64,000 nucleotides of DNA, taken from positions 10,230,001 to 10,294,000 of the forward strand of contig CM060734.1 in NCBI GenBank assembly GCA_030704615.1, written 5' to 3'. How positions within the stretch are numbered: position 1 is the first letter of the stretch; each line of letters starts with the position of its first letter. Positions 1 through 13,057 of this stretch are shown here, one piece after another. Position numbers and translations under genes: made by a program. A model generated the notes under the pieces. That model did not search any database. It worked only from the letters and a program-made list of their open reading frames with translations, and had not been told where the DNA came from. This DNA is from Takakia lepidozioides (Eukaryota > Plantae > Bryophyta).

Positions 1-1881
1 AAATGACCATCCAATGTGCCACACTGACAACCGCTCTGGACAAACGACATTAGAATTTAACAAACAAGCAAAGAGGTGTATGATGGCAGAGGCTGAGACA
101 GTAGAGCAAGAGAAACTCATTGCTGATTTGAGGGCTATAATCTGTCGCAATGAGGTTACTTTCTAACAAAACAGTCAGGTTGAGGCTGAGATTGAAAGGT
201 ACATCCTGAAGTTGCAGCAAACACTCGCGGGCCAAAAGAATGAACTCTCTGTGGCTAACAAGGCTTGGAAGGAAGCCAATAATTTGGTTGCTGCCTATGC
301 GGCCCTGGTTGAACCTCATGCGAAGCGCATGGAGGCTTTACAGCAACAGTTAGATGTGTACAGACTCAAGGAGGAACAGGCTCTCAGGGGTGCTACACAG
401 GACTTGGTGGATAATCATCTTATGCAAGTATGGTTAACACAAGGGCCGGTGGAAGGGAAGGCACCACGAAAGCTCACTCAGAGGGAGATGAATGATTTCA
501 GGTTGCAGGTGCAGAACATTGCCACAACTACTATAGACAATGTTTATAGTAGGATAGCGGAGTTAAAGGGCTGCAGACTCAAGTGGATGACCTGAGTTCC
601 AATATTGACAAAAGAGTCTTTGTTCCCGAGGAGCAGCTGGTGGCTACTTATTTGCATGCCAGGACTCTGATTTTTCAGTCTTCTTCGCAGGAGGTGCAGG
701 AGTTGCCGGTAGTAGGAGGGACAGTGGCGGCAATATCACAGCCCCCATAGCAGGTGGCTGTGCAGGTGGCTGACCCTGTTGATACCATGGCAAAGCCACA
801 GTCTGAGGTTTGGGGGGATGCTGCTTTTAATCCACCTAGGACTCCTGCTGCACTGGAGTACAATCGGGCTATGATTATGCCCTTCAACCAAATTCCCATT
901 GTGATGGATTTGGCTTGGAAGGAATTCAGTCCTCCACAGTCTTTGGCACATTATTACCAGATCATGCGCATTTGGTTGCCAGTGGCAACTCGGACTAAGG
1001 TTCTTCCGAACAATCGACCCATTGAGGATCATCATTTTGCAAGGTACTGGTCTGAGGCACGCACCATGTTGAAGGAATTAATTGCCTTCCAGGTTGTTCA
1101 TGGGTACATCTACATCAAGACCAAGGAAGTATCTAGTATTGTCATGGGCTGTGGATTCTACTATGCTACTTGTTTCATTGCACGTTATCACATTGAGCAG
1201 CAGAAGATGCAATCACAATTTCCGAGTTATTCCAGTGGGGATCATTGGGTCTTACCTTTAGTTCCACCCCATATGTATCTGTATGATGCAAAAGTCATGA
1301 TGCAGAAGGATTCCCAGCTTCGTTAATGGTTTAATTTGGCTTGGAACAACTTGGCCAAAGAGAAATTGGGCCCTGATGATATTTTCTATAAGAGACATGA
1401 AGCCTGGAAATACTTACACTGTTCCAAAGTCATTGGCACACCTCTCACCTATACGGCCAAGGAGTTCAGGGAGTTCTCTCATTTTGCTTGCAAGCGATTA
1501 AAGCAAGTAGTACAGTTTAAGCTTCCAGACATGGTGGGCCAACACTGTATGCCACGTAGGATTCCTGAGGAGCCACTTAAAGTTCGGCCACCGAAACACC
1601 TCAAGGGGGGAAATGATTATGATACTACTGGTTCTACAGAGGAACCTTTTGACATGGCGGAGAACTATGCACTCCAGATGGCAGAGAAGAAACGACGGGG
1701 ATCTCCTATGCCTGAGAGGTTACCTCGTTATCAACCACAGGAGGGTCAGACATTTCCATTTGGTGATCAATCGCCTCCATCAGCCAGTGACAGGGCTCGG
1801 GCTCGCACACAGAGCCCTCCAAATGACTCTCACCGTCAGAAGGGTGCTCGCTCACAAAGGTTTGCTGATCCTAAACAGTAA
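1..1881 (+). pseudogene. 3' part of the large unknown accessory ORF of LTR family A, copy 1 (coiled coil plus conserved Trp/Tyr/His-rich domain)
   Basis: ORFs 212-595, 754-1326 and 1336-1881 are colinear with and highly similar to the minus-strand ORFs 3702-5648 and 3476-3742 (e.g. PFNQIPIVMDLAWKEFSPP, IEDHHFARYWSEA). The frame is broken by stops and a frameshift and ends just before a polypurine tract. Confidence 0.8.
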
Positions 1882-1920
1882 ACTGTGAGGACACAGCTTT
1901 TTGAGAGGGGGGAGGGGTAA

Positions 1921-2737
1921 TGTTAGAGGGCTGTTTGGGACGTAGACACTTTTATGGGTTCTGTGGGGTACCCTTAATTTTTGCGCAGACTTACGGATGG
2001 TAGACTTAGATCAACAGAGGCGTTAGGGGTGATAGGCACAGGCTTTAGGGGTGATAGACAGGCTTACACACTCAGTCACAGTCTTACACCGTATACAGCC
2101 TATCATAGTCTATCACAGCCATACACAGCCTTACACAGCCCGACACAGCCTTACACAGTTATCACAGTCAATCACAGCTCGACACAGTTTCACACAGCCC
2201 GACACAGTCCGACACAGCCAGTCACAGCTCGGTACAGTCACAGCCCGACACAGTTTGGCACAGCCCGTCACAGCGTATATAGGAAACGGTTATCATTGGC
2301 AGGGAACGACTGTGTGGGAATGACATCTGCAGAGGGAACGTGTTTACTTCTTAGGTGACAGTTAGTTAGTTAGGCGGTTAGAACAGCTTGTAGATAAAAT
2401 AGGCAGAGCAAGCATCATAGAGGACACTTCAGAGGGAGCACTTCTTGGTCATGCACGGGAGGAGATCAGGCGGAGAGCAGGGATGGAGAGCACGGTGAAG
2501 GAGAAGAGATGAACAGTAGATGCTCATTACATGCAAAGCTGTAGTGATATTGTAGAGCAGATTAGAGACACCATGGCTTCGGCCTGATACCTGATAAATC
2601 TTAATCTGATACTTATTCAATACAATCACACTGTGTAGAGAGATTTGAGTGAAGTTGTGGAATGAATGGATGAGTGAACTGATAGATACTGAAGCAATCT
2701 GATGCTTCAGTATACACAGTAAGGTAATTTGCTAACA
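1921..2737 (+). mobile_element. 3' LTR of LTR family A copy 1 (TGTTAG...CTAACA)
   Basis: PPT GAGAGGGGGGAGGGG at 1903-1917. Terminal inverted TGTTAG (1921) and CTAACA (2737). Internal CACAG(C/T) short repeats. Homologous to 2903-3434 on the opposite strand. Confidence 0.8.
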
Positions 2738-2902
2738 TGAAGGCAAGAAGAAATATAAACAGGAAGCACAACCATGATTCACTAGTTGTAGGTCATGACT
2801 GATTGTTCTGAGCGGGCTGAGTGCTTAGAGATATCCAACTCTTCTATCTTGGAGTTCCCACCTCCGATAGCGAAGGGATGGGTGAGTAAGAGCCGCTCAA
2901 CA
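2738..2902. mobile_element. Terminal fragment of an unrelated LTR ending ...GCCGCTCAACA
   Basis: Homology between the two family A LTRs stops exactly at 2903. The adjacent sequence ends in TCAACA (TGTTGA on minus), a typical LTR terminus. Confidence 0.5.
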
Positions 2903-3434
2903 GATCTCCTCCAGTGATGTCCAAGAAGTGATCTCCACGAAGTCACCCCCTCCATGTCGCTACTCTGCCTATTCTACCTGCAAGCTGTTCTAACCGCCTA
3001 ACTAACTAACTGTTATCCAAGACAGAATGCACGTTCCCTCTGCAGATGTCGTTCCCATACAGTCGTTCCCTGCCAATGATAACCGTTCCCTGTGAACGTT
3101 GTGACGGGTTGTGCCAAGCTGTATCGGGCTGTGACTGTGCCGAACTGTGACTAGCTGTGTCGGGCTGTGTTGGGCTGTGATAGACTGTGACTGATTGTGA
3201 TAGGCTATGATAGGTTGTGTAAGACTGTGACAAGCTATGTCAGGCAAAGTCAGGTTGTGACAAGCTGTGTAAGCCCGTGACTGACTGTGTGAGCCTGCCT
3301 ACCACCCCTAAGGCCTGTGTCTGTCACTCCTAAGGCCTCTGTTGGTCTGAGTCTACCATCCGTAAGTCTGCACAAAATTAAGGGTACCCCACAGAACCCG
3401 TAAAACTGTCCAAGTCCCAGACAACCCTCTAACA
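2903..3434 (-). mobile_element. Interrupted 3' LTR of LTR family A copy 2
   Basis: Minus strand reads PPT (3439-3451) then TGTTAGAGGG from 3434. Colinear with 1921-2467 up to GGAGGAGATC. Confidence 0.8.
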
Positions 3435-3475
3435 TTATCCCTCCCCCTCTCAAAAAACCGTGTCCTCATGGTTTA

Positions 3476-6400
3476 CTATTTAGGATCAGCAAACCTTTGT
3501 GAATGAGCACCCTTCTGCCGGTGAGAGTCCCTCGAAGGGCTCTGTGTGTGAGCCCGAACCATGTCGCTGGTTGGTGGGGATGACTGTCGACTAGATGGAA
3601 CTGACCGCCTTGCCTTTGGCTGATAAGGAGGTAACTTCTCAGGCATAGGAGATCCCCGTCGTTTCTTCTCGGCCATTTGTATCACATAATCCTCAGCCAT
3701 GTCAAAAACCCCCCTCCACAGAACTAGTAGTATTCGAATCATCTTCCCCCCGATGGCCTTTCGGTGCCTTGAAGCTTCTCAGGAATCCTGACTGGATATA
3801 GTGTATGCCCACCATGTTTGGAAGCTTAAACTTTAAGACTTGTATCAACCGCTTTCTGGCAAAATTAGTGTATGCCCTCAGTTCATCGTCTGTATAGCTA
3901 AGTGGTGTGCCAATGACATTGGAAAAGTGTAACCACTTTCTGGCTTCATGCCCCTTAGGAAAAATGTGGTCAAGACCCAAGTTCTCCTTGGCCAAATTCT
4001 CCAGAGCAAAAGTAAACCAAGAACGAAGTTGGGGATCCTTTTGAAGCATGATCCTTACATCATACAGATATGTATATGATGGAACTGAAGGTAACACCCA
4101 ATGCTCCCCATTGGAATAAGTCTGAAATCTCATCTGCATCTTTTGCTGCTCAATGTGATAGCGTGAAATAAAACAAGCAGCATAATACAGTCCACAACCC
4201 ATGACCAAACTAGGTACCTCCTTGGTCTTGGTGTAGATGTATCCATGAACAATCTGGAAGGTAATCAATTCCTTCAGCATGGTGCCTGCCTCAGACCAGT
4301 ACCGTGCAAAATGGTGATCTTCAATGGGTCTGTCATTTGGAAGAACTTTAGTCCAAGTTGCCACTGGCAACCAAATGCGCATAATCTGGTAATAGTGTGC
4401 CAAAGACTCTGGAGGACTAAATTCTTTCCAAGCCAAATCCATAACAATGGGAATTTGGTTGAAGGGTAGAATCATAGTCCGATTGTATTCAAGTGCAGCA
4501 GGAGTAGTAGGTGGGTTAAAAGAAGCATCACCCCAAACCTCAGACAGTGATTGCTGCAGTGCCATGGTATCAACATTGTCGACCTGGCGTGGTTGCTGTA
4601 ATGCGGTTGCCACAGTCCCTCCTGATGTTGGCAAGTCCTGCACTTCCTGTACCGAAGATTGGAAAATCAAAGTCCTGGCATGCAGACAAGTAGCCATGAG
4701 CTGTTCCTTAGGAACAAAGGCCTTTTTGTCAATGTTGGAGCTCAAGTCATCCACTTGAGTCTGCAGCCCTTCCACATCCTCCTGCAACTCAGCTATCCGA
4801 CTGTAGACATTATCTATAGTGGTTGTGGCAATGTTTTGCACCCGTAACCAGAGATCATTCCTCTCATCTTGGGTGAGCTTTCTTGGTGCCTTCCCTTCCA
4901 CTGGCCCTTGTGTTAACCACTCTTGCAAAATATGATTATCCACCAAGTCCTGTGTAACACCACGGAGATCCTGCTCCTCCTTGAGTCTGTATGTGTCCAA
5001 CTGTTGCTGTAAAGTCTCCATGCGCTTTGTATGAGGCTCAACCAGAGCTGCATAGGCAGCTGATAGATTATTGGCTTCTTTCCAGGCCCTGTAAGTCACA
5101 GAAAGTTCATTCTCCCGTACTGTGATTGTTTGCTGCAACTCATAGATGTACCTGTCTTTATGGGCATCGACCTGGTGGAACTGTTGAATGGTATCTTTGT
5201 TGTGACAGATAGTAGCCTTCATGTCAGCAATGAGTTTCCCCTGCTCCATTGATTCTGTCTCCGCCATTATACATCTCTCAGCTTGGTTCTTAACTTCTAG
5301 TGCAGCCATTTCCAGATTAGTCATTAGTGTTGCACACTGTATGGTCATTTTTTGATGGACTGCTTCCAATTCTGTATGAAGCAACTTCACTTCCTGCAAC
5401 TTGCCTTCATGCTTAACCTGCAACTGGTATAGCTGTTGCTTATGCACTTCATGCAACTTCTCTTGCTCAAGACCTGCTTCAATTGAATTTTCCTTCGCAA
5501 GATGTAAGGCAGCCTTAGTGTCCTCCAACTCTTTCTGCAACTTGAGGTTGGCCTCCACATCCAGTGGCAATTCTTGCCTCAAACTCTTGCTTGAGCTCCT
5601 CCCGTAATGCTGCCAATTGATCAGTGGAAGGAACAGGGGTCTTAACATAGGTGCCCAACAGATTGAGAGTCCTGCTTATGGAACTCATAAGCATGGCCTG
5701 TTGTGGGTCTTCATGGAGAACTTGCTGCTGTTCTTCATGATTCTCCACAGTTTGATGTTTCGCAAACTAGTCAGGCCATGATCCCATAAGATCTTCTTCC
5801 TGAGCAACCTCATCCTCCACAGGTGCTATAGTACCCTTGCCCTTTACCCCTTTAACCTCCGCCACAAGTTTGGGCATAACCTGCACAGCAGGGATTTCCT
5901 TGGGCAGACTCTGCATCTTTGGTACCATAGGTTCTCCGACCATGCCAGAGTTTTCATAGAGAAGGTCGTCCTTCTCAATTTCTGCCACTACTTGCTCTGT
6001 ACTGGGGATGTCCAACCCCTCTCTCTCCATAGTAAGAGGCTCCGGTGTAACAGCATGTCCGGTCTGAGTTACCACTAGGGCAACCTAGTCAGCTTACTGT
6101 GCTGGCTGTGGTACTGAGGTGACTTCTTCCTCCCTCTCTAATGGCCGTGCTTCCAGTAATAACAGCCTATTGTGTTGTTGCTCATCATCCTGCACAGGAG
6201 CTATGGAAACATCATCTTGAGGATTCCTTGTGGCCAGTGGATCTGCCACTACAGTTGCGTCCCTCTTCTGTCTCTTGGACTGGTGCTGCCCCTCCAATCC
6301 CCCTTGACCTTGTGAAGAGCCTTGCTCCTCAACTACAGTTGTGGCTGCCTCAAACACCCCCATTACTTTGCGTTCTCGTGCATCAAGCAAGCAAGAATCA

Positions 6401-6989
6401 AAGATAATCTGTGCAATAATTGGGCCAGACACAATGATTGGGGACTTGGCAGTAGTATTCTGTAACCGTTTCATCTCCTCCACCAGACCAGTGTACATCA
6501 TCTCCGCCCAAGCTACATCCTCTCCTCTCAAAGCTTTCAGAACCTCCTCCGTGAAAGATCTGCTAAGATACTGCTAGTTCTGTTTCATGACAAACAAAAT
6601 GTTTAGTATCTGGCCAATCTCCCTCAACCCTGGATACTCGGCTTTGGTGCAAGTGAATCTCTGGTTCCTGAAGAAACTCGTTTCTTGGAAAAGATCCCCT
6701 ATTTGCAATCTTGCCTTGTGCTCATCCATGCTCATATTACCAGATGGTAATTCAAAAAGTTGTTACAAGTATTGCGGAGTAACCTGTATATCTACGCCCT
6801 TCACTTGGGTAACTCCTGTCCGTGGCTCGAAGTTCTTGATGAACTGATCATCAAATCCCGATGATGCAAAGACCACTCTTTGCGTAACAACCCCTCCAAC
6901 CGCAACTCCTTCAGCAGCTGCACTACATGTGGTGTATCGATTGTTTGCTTATGTAGAATCGTCGTGCTCTTCACCCGGAGATCCTCCAT
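3476..6989 (-). pseudogene. Large (~1150 codon) accessory ORF of LTR family A copy 2: plant-TE-associated N-terminal domain, low-complexity linker, coiled coil, unknown conserved C-terminal domain
   Basis: Chain of ORF fragments 6801-7088, 6094-6531, 5767-6075, 5515-5748, 3702-5648 and 3476-3742, separated by stops and frameshifts. It lies in the sense orientation directly upstream of the PPT and LTR. No RT, RNase H or integrase motifs seen. Confidence 0.7.
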
Positions 6990-7299
6990 CACTCTAATTC
7001 TCTTCATCCCAGACAAACAAGAAGGCCTTGTTTGGAATAACTGCAGGAAAGCTTGTAAGGCGTAGGAGCATGAAAGTGTGGTTAGCACATAATGGAACAG
7101 GCAAGTGAGTGTAAGCCTGCGGGGCTTGCAAATAGTGAGTGAGAGAGAAAGTACTTTCGACCTGTCCTTCCTTGCGCCACTGCGTAAGAAGTAGAGCTAG
7201 TGTATAGTCCGTGATATCCGCCATAGCTACAAAGCTATAGCTTTGATTGCCTCTCCCGCCGAGACACTGGTTATCTGGAATAACACCTATTCTTCCGCT

Positions 7300-7767
7300 C
7301 ATAATCTTCTTAATTTCTTGTTCTTGTTTCTTGAATGGAATCTCTTGCACAAAATTCACGTTGCTGATTGGCCGTTGCCTCTTTAGGTAGCTTCTCATTT
7401 TTACCCTAATCTGTTCACATTCCAGCTTGGAATGACCACTAGGACTGCATATGTGGCAAAGGTTCCCCTTTGCCGGACGCGTAAAGGGTTCCATTACCTG
7501 TCCTCTTGATGCATTAATGGGCTCATAATAAGTTTCGGCTGATGTACCGGGTAGGTACTTTGACGGCCCTGTTTGTCTTCTTGTGTGATGGCGCTCGTTA
7601 TTGCAGTACATGCAATGCGGAGTGCTTTGCCCCTTAAGCCACGTGTTTGAATTCAAACACTCTTCCGTCTTCCTCTGGCCGCGTGGCACATTCTCCGAGT
7701 TTGACTTCCAAATTGTATTTACACTTACCGGCCACCTAACTGACATTAACTTGCGTCCATCTGTCAC
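7300..7767 (-). pseudogene. gag: Gag C-terminal fragment with zinc knuckles
   Basis: CHICSPSGHSKLEC is a CX2CX4HX4C knuckle. A degenerate second knuckle CMYCNNERHH lies in the same ORF (6994-7767). Confidence 0.65.
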
Positions 7768-9756
7768 TGCCCCTATGGACTGTGCGACTTGTGTGGGCTC
7801 TGTTGCCTATGTTGAGCTGTGACAAGCTGTGATAAGCAGTGATATACTGTAATAGGCTGTGGTCTAACACGAGTAGTGTGCATTGACCGGATCGTGTAGA
7901 AGGTGTACACATACTCCTGCGGGTGGTTTTACCTGGGCCTAGCTCAATATATTAGTATGAAGACAACCCTCAAAAGCACTATGCTTATCTTAAAGACCTC
8001 CGTGCCTAATTTTACCAACAAGTTTTTGCTGGAGGACATACCTTATGAAGGTCATTGCTCCATATCTTTGTCATGGAGGGGCCTTCTGCCAGTCCAGAAA
8101 AAAACCATGTTAGTATATCAATATGATGAAGAAATAACCAGAAAGGAAAGTGGTAGATGGTGTGTACAAGAACCACCAAGTACACTGGAAATAGAAAGAG
8201 AGGGAAGATACTCATGTCATGTCAAGACATGGACAAGACCCACTAGGGTCATTGTCAATTAAAGACGTAAACAGCCCAAAACAGGGCACCACCTAACACT
8301 TCCATTCTTGTCATAGCTTCCCGATTGACATCACCCAATCGTTCATGATAAAACAGGGTGGGAGGGCGGGGTTTGTTCATGTAAGGGACATGATAACAGG
8401 GCAGCATGCCAAACCAGGAGCAGACGGGCCGAAATCGAGGCTGGAGTCATCAGCCATATCAAGACGCAACAAGACAAGGGGCTCCTCTGCCCACATCCAC
8501 ATCTGTATGCTCAAGAAAATTCAAAGCAAGTGGGGATCCTCACCTGGTCCCATCACAAGCCCCCACAACAACCAACATGTTAGTGAGGATTGTGGAACCC
8601 CAGGTGAATCATAGATCCCCACACTTGTCATCGATGTCAACCAAGAACTTCTAAAGAAAGAGATGAAGACAAAAACAGAATGAACCCTAGTCACCAAAAG
8701 CACCTTGAGCGATTGGGAAAGAGAGCTGTGCGCCATTACCACCAGCAAGTCGCCTCCAAAAAAGCAAAGAAGCAATGAGGCATACAAGCAAGCTTGCAAG
8801 GTTAAGAAGGGGAGGGAGAGAGACTTCCCACCATAGGCGCCGCTGCAAAAATTAAAGGCCAGAGGAGGGAACACAACAAAGCATTCACAGCTTTGTCTCC
8901 CGCATGTAAGAGGGACCAAGTGCCGCCATGTTGCGCATCCCGAGGAAGTCGCTCAGCACGGGTACCATGCAGCAAACGGGGCAGCAGCAAGAACGCAGAC
9001 GTCATAATGCTCAGAAGCACAGCCTGTGCTTCTGACGGCGGAGAGACAGTTTAGGGCATTTGCCCGATTTTTCATCCGTGCCGGATGAAAAATAGTCACA
9101 ACATCCCTCGAACCCGACGGATTCCATCCGTAGCTAGGTTAAAAAAATAATTTGAAGGGTGGGGGTTAGGGTTTCACACCATAATTAACCATAATTAGGG
9201 GTAATTAAGATCTGTAGAATAATAGGAATTTCTGACTTAATGACAATTTTCAGAACTTTTTAATATCTTTCTCATCGATATAGCCTGCGATACCTTCGAT
9301 ATTGCTGCGATAGGGCAGTATTCTTCAATATCTTGTATACAGTCGATAGTCTATCTTGGACTGAATGATAGAAGAAATGGATGAATAATTGTAAAGGATG
9401 GATGAAGGAGTTTGAGCGGTTATTACAGTTATTGAACCGACCTGCTATATAATGCGTTCCTGAGAAGCAGAAAGTGTCAATTGAGCCAGAGAGCCGTGAC
9501 CGGGAGTAGGGAGAACAAAGTGAGTAAAAGATAGACTATAGAGTTATTCTGCAATGGTAGATTTAATACTGCGTTCTTGCAGTGTTGTGATTTATGAATG
9601 AGAAGAAGAAGAAAAAGAAGTGCAATTCACTTTGTGTATGTGTGAAGAATGAAGTGATGGAATGAGAAGGTGTTTCTGTGTGTAAGAACTGAAGAACCAT
9701 AATTATATGAGATGGTGAGAATGCGCATAAATGAAACAGATAAGAATTCGATGTGA

Positions 9757-10523
9757 GAATTAGTTTCTGGTCTATCAAGAGAAATATCGATAGGGAGATT
9801 CAAAGCTCAAGAAGGAGCAGATTAAGGAAACAAAGATAGAAAGAGTCTTCAATTGGATTCAGGGTAGGAGTATAATTGTGAAGTAACATCATTTGCATGG
9901 CAGAGAGCCATGGTGAGGGAATAAAGAAGTGTCAGAGTTGATCACTGGATTACCAGACCATTTATCGATAACAATCTTTCAAAAGTTTTGTTGTAGTGAT
10001 AAAGAAGTATTCTTATTGCAATTGGTCAATAAATGATGGTGTAGGGAGATATCCATCCTATACCGGAGTTGTTATTGGAAGCATAGTTGGTTGCAGAAGT
10101 GGTATAGACCATTTAAATGCTATCCTGAACTTATGAGAGAATGGAATCATAATTTTGGTGAGGGAAAATCCCTGGAGCGACTGGAGAAACAGAATTGGTG
10201 GTGAAGAATGATCACTAGCGATGTGTGAAGGAGAACAGATAGCATATCCTGTAGAACTAATTACCGGACTGCCTAATAGTTTGTCTCTAGATATCTTTAA
10301 AAGCCTACAATGTAGCGACAAAGAGATAATCAATCTATGGTTAGTCAGTAAAGAATGGTATCGAGAGCTGTTGGCTTTGTATCAGAGAGATTATTGGAGG
10401 AAAAACATAGTGGAGCAATGGTATTTGATTTCAGCCGATGGAGCAGAGTTAATAGAAGATGGAGAGAATATTTATGAATCTGGGAGAGTGATGATCGTGT
10501 TAGATGAAGATGACTGTTGGTAA
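9757..10523 (+). pseudogene. Three tandem F-box-like mini-ORF units; the last (10221-10523) is open
   Basis: ELITGLPNSLSLDIFKSL...LWLVSKEW (ORF 10221-10523), ELITGLPDHLSITIFQKF...LQLVNK*W (~9935) and ELVSGLSREISIG (~9757) fit the F-box pattern LxxLPxxLxxxIxxxL...LxxVSKxW. Confidence 0.55.
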
Positions 10524-10754
10524 AAGTTGTTTCAAAGAAGGAATAGAGAGAGGTAGAATAGTCTAGCATCATTATATATTAGTCGTATAGTGCTTTCCCA
10601 ACGAACGAACTCTAGACTAATTGATCTTTTCTTTTAGGATTGATCTTAGTTTTGAAAAGCGCGCCGTCATTGTGCTGGATCAGACTTTGAAGGACTTGAA
10701 CATTTCGATTGTTTCCCCTCCTACAAGATCAAATCAGGGCCATAAACAGCTGTA

Positions 10755-11085
10755 CACATCATCCGGTTCAGATGACAGAGAAAAATCATCCATGAGCTCA
10801 TCCGTTGAAAGAATCTTTCAGGAGGATGAAAAAATGGGAAATATCATCCATGGCAACGGTTCACAACCTCACAGGTAATTCAACATCCCAAAATTTCTCA
10901 TCCGGTATGGATGAAAAAAGCAATAAAAGAGGAATGAAAAATTAATATCCTGGCTGTTATCATCCGGTATGGATGAAAAACAGGATGATAGTGGCAACCC
11001 TCACAGATTTAGCTGACAATTGCAGTATGTGACATGCAATCAGAGGATGCGGATTTGCAGGAGCTAATGTGGAGACTTATCAACC
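10755..11085 (+). mobile_element. TCATCC/GGATGA palindromic subterminal repeats plus a short Mutator transposase fragment
   Basis: Repeated (T)CATCCG...GGATGA hairpins, also at 9068-9092. 11015-11085 encodes TIAVCDMQSED, the same peptide as in the transposase at ~33795. Confidence 0.55.
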
Positions 11086-12901
11086 TACCAATAACACCCA
11101 TTTTCATAAAGTCCTTTACAATATGAAAACCAAAATACCCATGAATTGTCTTCATTAAATATAACCATTTATTATAGATGAAGGGTGGGGCAAGGTCAAA
11201 TTTTCCAAAACATGTACTTTTGTGATTATGGTCAATTTTGGATTACGTCACCTTGCATCTGTCTACGTCAACACTAAGGGTCCCCTCTATGGGCATATAA
11301 ACACAGCCCACAAAGAGGTCCTTCGTATTCACATCGTCTTTCAATTTCAGTGTTAGCCATATACTATGTTCATACCGCAAACCTGTGGTGTGAAAAGACG
11401 AGCCTACGCAAAAAGCCCAGTTACTAACCTTTCACCTACATCTCATGTTCATTCCCGATATACCTGCTGCCTTGCAGCGGAAGAGAAAAGGAAACATGTA
11501 CGGTTCCTTTAGTTCATCATCAGAATTGTTTAAGATATCAAATTCATACTCGTTACCTACTGCCCTGCAGCGGAAGAGAAAAGGAAACAGGCTCGGTCAC
11601 TTTAAATCGACGAAAGCAATTGCATATGCCAGTAGCTTGTCATCGGTTCGGCAAAATCACCATGAAGGGGTACATTCCCATGAGATGTCATCATTCACTA
11701 GCACACAGTATTTCTCTTCTCACCATGAGGCCACATGATGCATTCAGCCTCTATTTCTCCAGACTTCCTCCCTTTTTCCTCTCTCACTCATCCTCTTATG
11801 CTTCCCTCATTTGCCTTTCCTTCAAGTAGACTCAACAGAAGCTGGTCCAGCACCCTAACGTCACCCATCTGCTGATTGCAGCCCAAGAACATCTAGGAAT
11901 CAAAATGATAACACCTACCCATCACCAACAACTCTAAGTTGCGAGCTAGCAATTTCTTTCTACATCATGCAACTACAGAAAGTGGAACACATCAGAAATC
12001 TCCCAAGTGTGCATGCATTGGAAACTCAAAATAGAGAATGTGATGCCCACTGCAGTGGGTAGAATCTAGGTCCAGACATCATCTTCTTCCTCTTCTCAGA
12101 TTTGGGCAGAGTCAGCCCATCCTACTTGTCACCTTCTCTCATGCATCACCCTACAACTTAACCTCCATATTACCGCTCTCTCACATGCCCAAGACAAAAT
12201 CAAAAACCAGGAGAGTGTCCTCCCTACAGCTGAATCACTCCTCCTCTTGTCTCCTCCGTCTCTACCTTCCACGGGAAGTCGAGTGGTATCGTAAGTGCCA
12301 CAATCCGGTGCCACCATTTCATGTATGTCCCCGGAGCTCTATTCCGCTCAAAATTCCTCGCCGCCATCGCCTGCTGCTGACTGCCCCCATCCCAACGCAT
12401 CTGATTCCTGCCAGACACCATTGCTGACACAAAACAGGATGCAGCCCCTCAGGCTCTAAATGCTACCGCCGAATATAAAGAAAGCGCCGAAACACTTCTT
12501 CAAAACCCTTAAGCGCACAACCTCGTGCTTGAAGCCCACTGTGATGACTCTCCCTCTCGAGCGGCTAGAAGCTCTAGACTGATAGCCCGAATGTCGTGTG
12601 AAGGAGTGGAATCCATCCACATAAGTTCTCATCCAGAAAGTTATTGGATGACAAACCGCGATGTCATCCGCAGCAACCAACAACAGATTTCATTAAGAGA
12701 CTTAGCAAAAAATTGCACCCAGGCTACTGGCCTCTAAGTGCTAAAAAGAAAAATTGAAAAACAGGACACAAGAAATTGCACAACAAACCCTTATTGATAA
12801 TTTTACAATTGTCACACAAGAAATCACGGACAAAGAAGCCAACCCCTTTTTGGCCACGTTTGGATAGGCCACCTTAAAAGCGCACATCTTACCAATCCAC
12901 T

Positions 12902-13057
12902 GGTAATGGGCACATACCACATTGGATGTGGTTGTGGGTTCAAACCACGGTCTGGTGTGTCATGAAGGTGTCCACCTTTCAATTGGAAGGCAGTAGCCCT
13001 TGTGGTGAAGAGACACCATAATTTACGCTTCCTTCGGGAGGCGTCTATATTTTGTTT
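12902..13057 (+). mobile_element. tRNA-derived SINE with 13-bp TSD
   Basis: B-box-like GGTTCAAACC. Flanked by TTACCAATCCACT at 12889-12901 and 13058-13070. A homologous copy lies at ~21150-21320 on the minus strand. Confidence 0.75.

Noticed and set aside
1981-2358. His/Ser/Thr-rich ORFs (also 3002-3247)
   Set aside because: They are translations of CACAG repeats inside LTRs.
7870-9050. Short ORFs between LTR family A and the MULE repeats (also 11400-12740)
   Set aside because: No recognisable domains or consistent reading frame.
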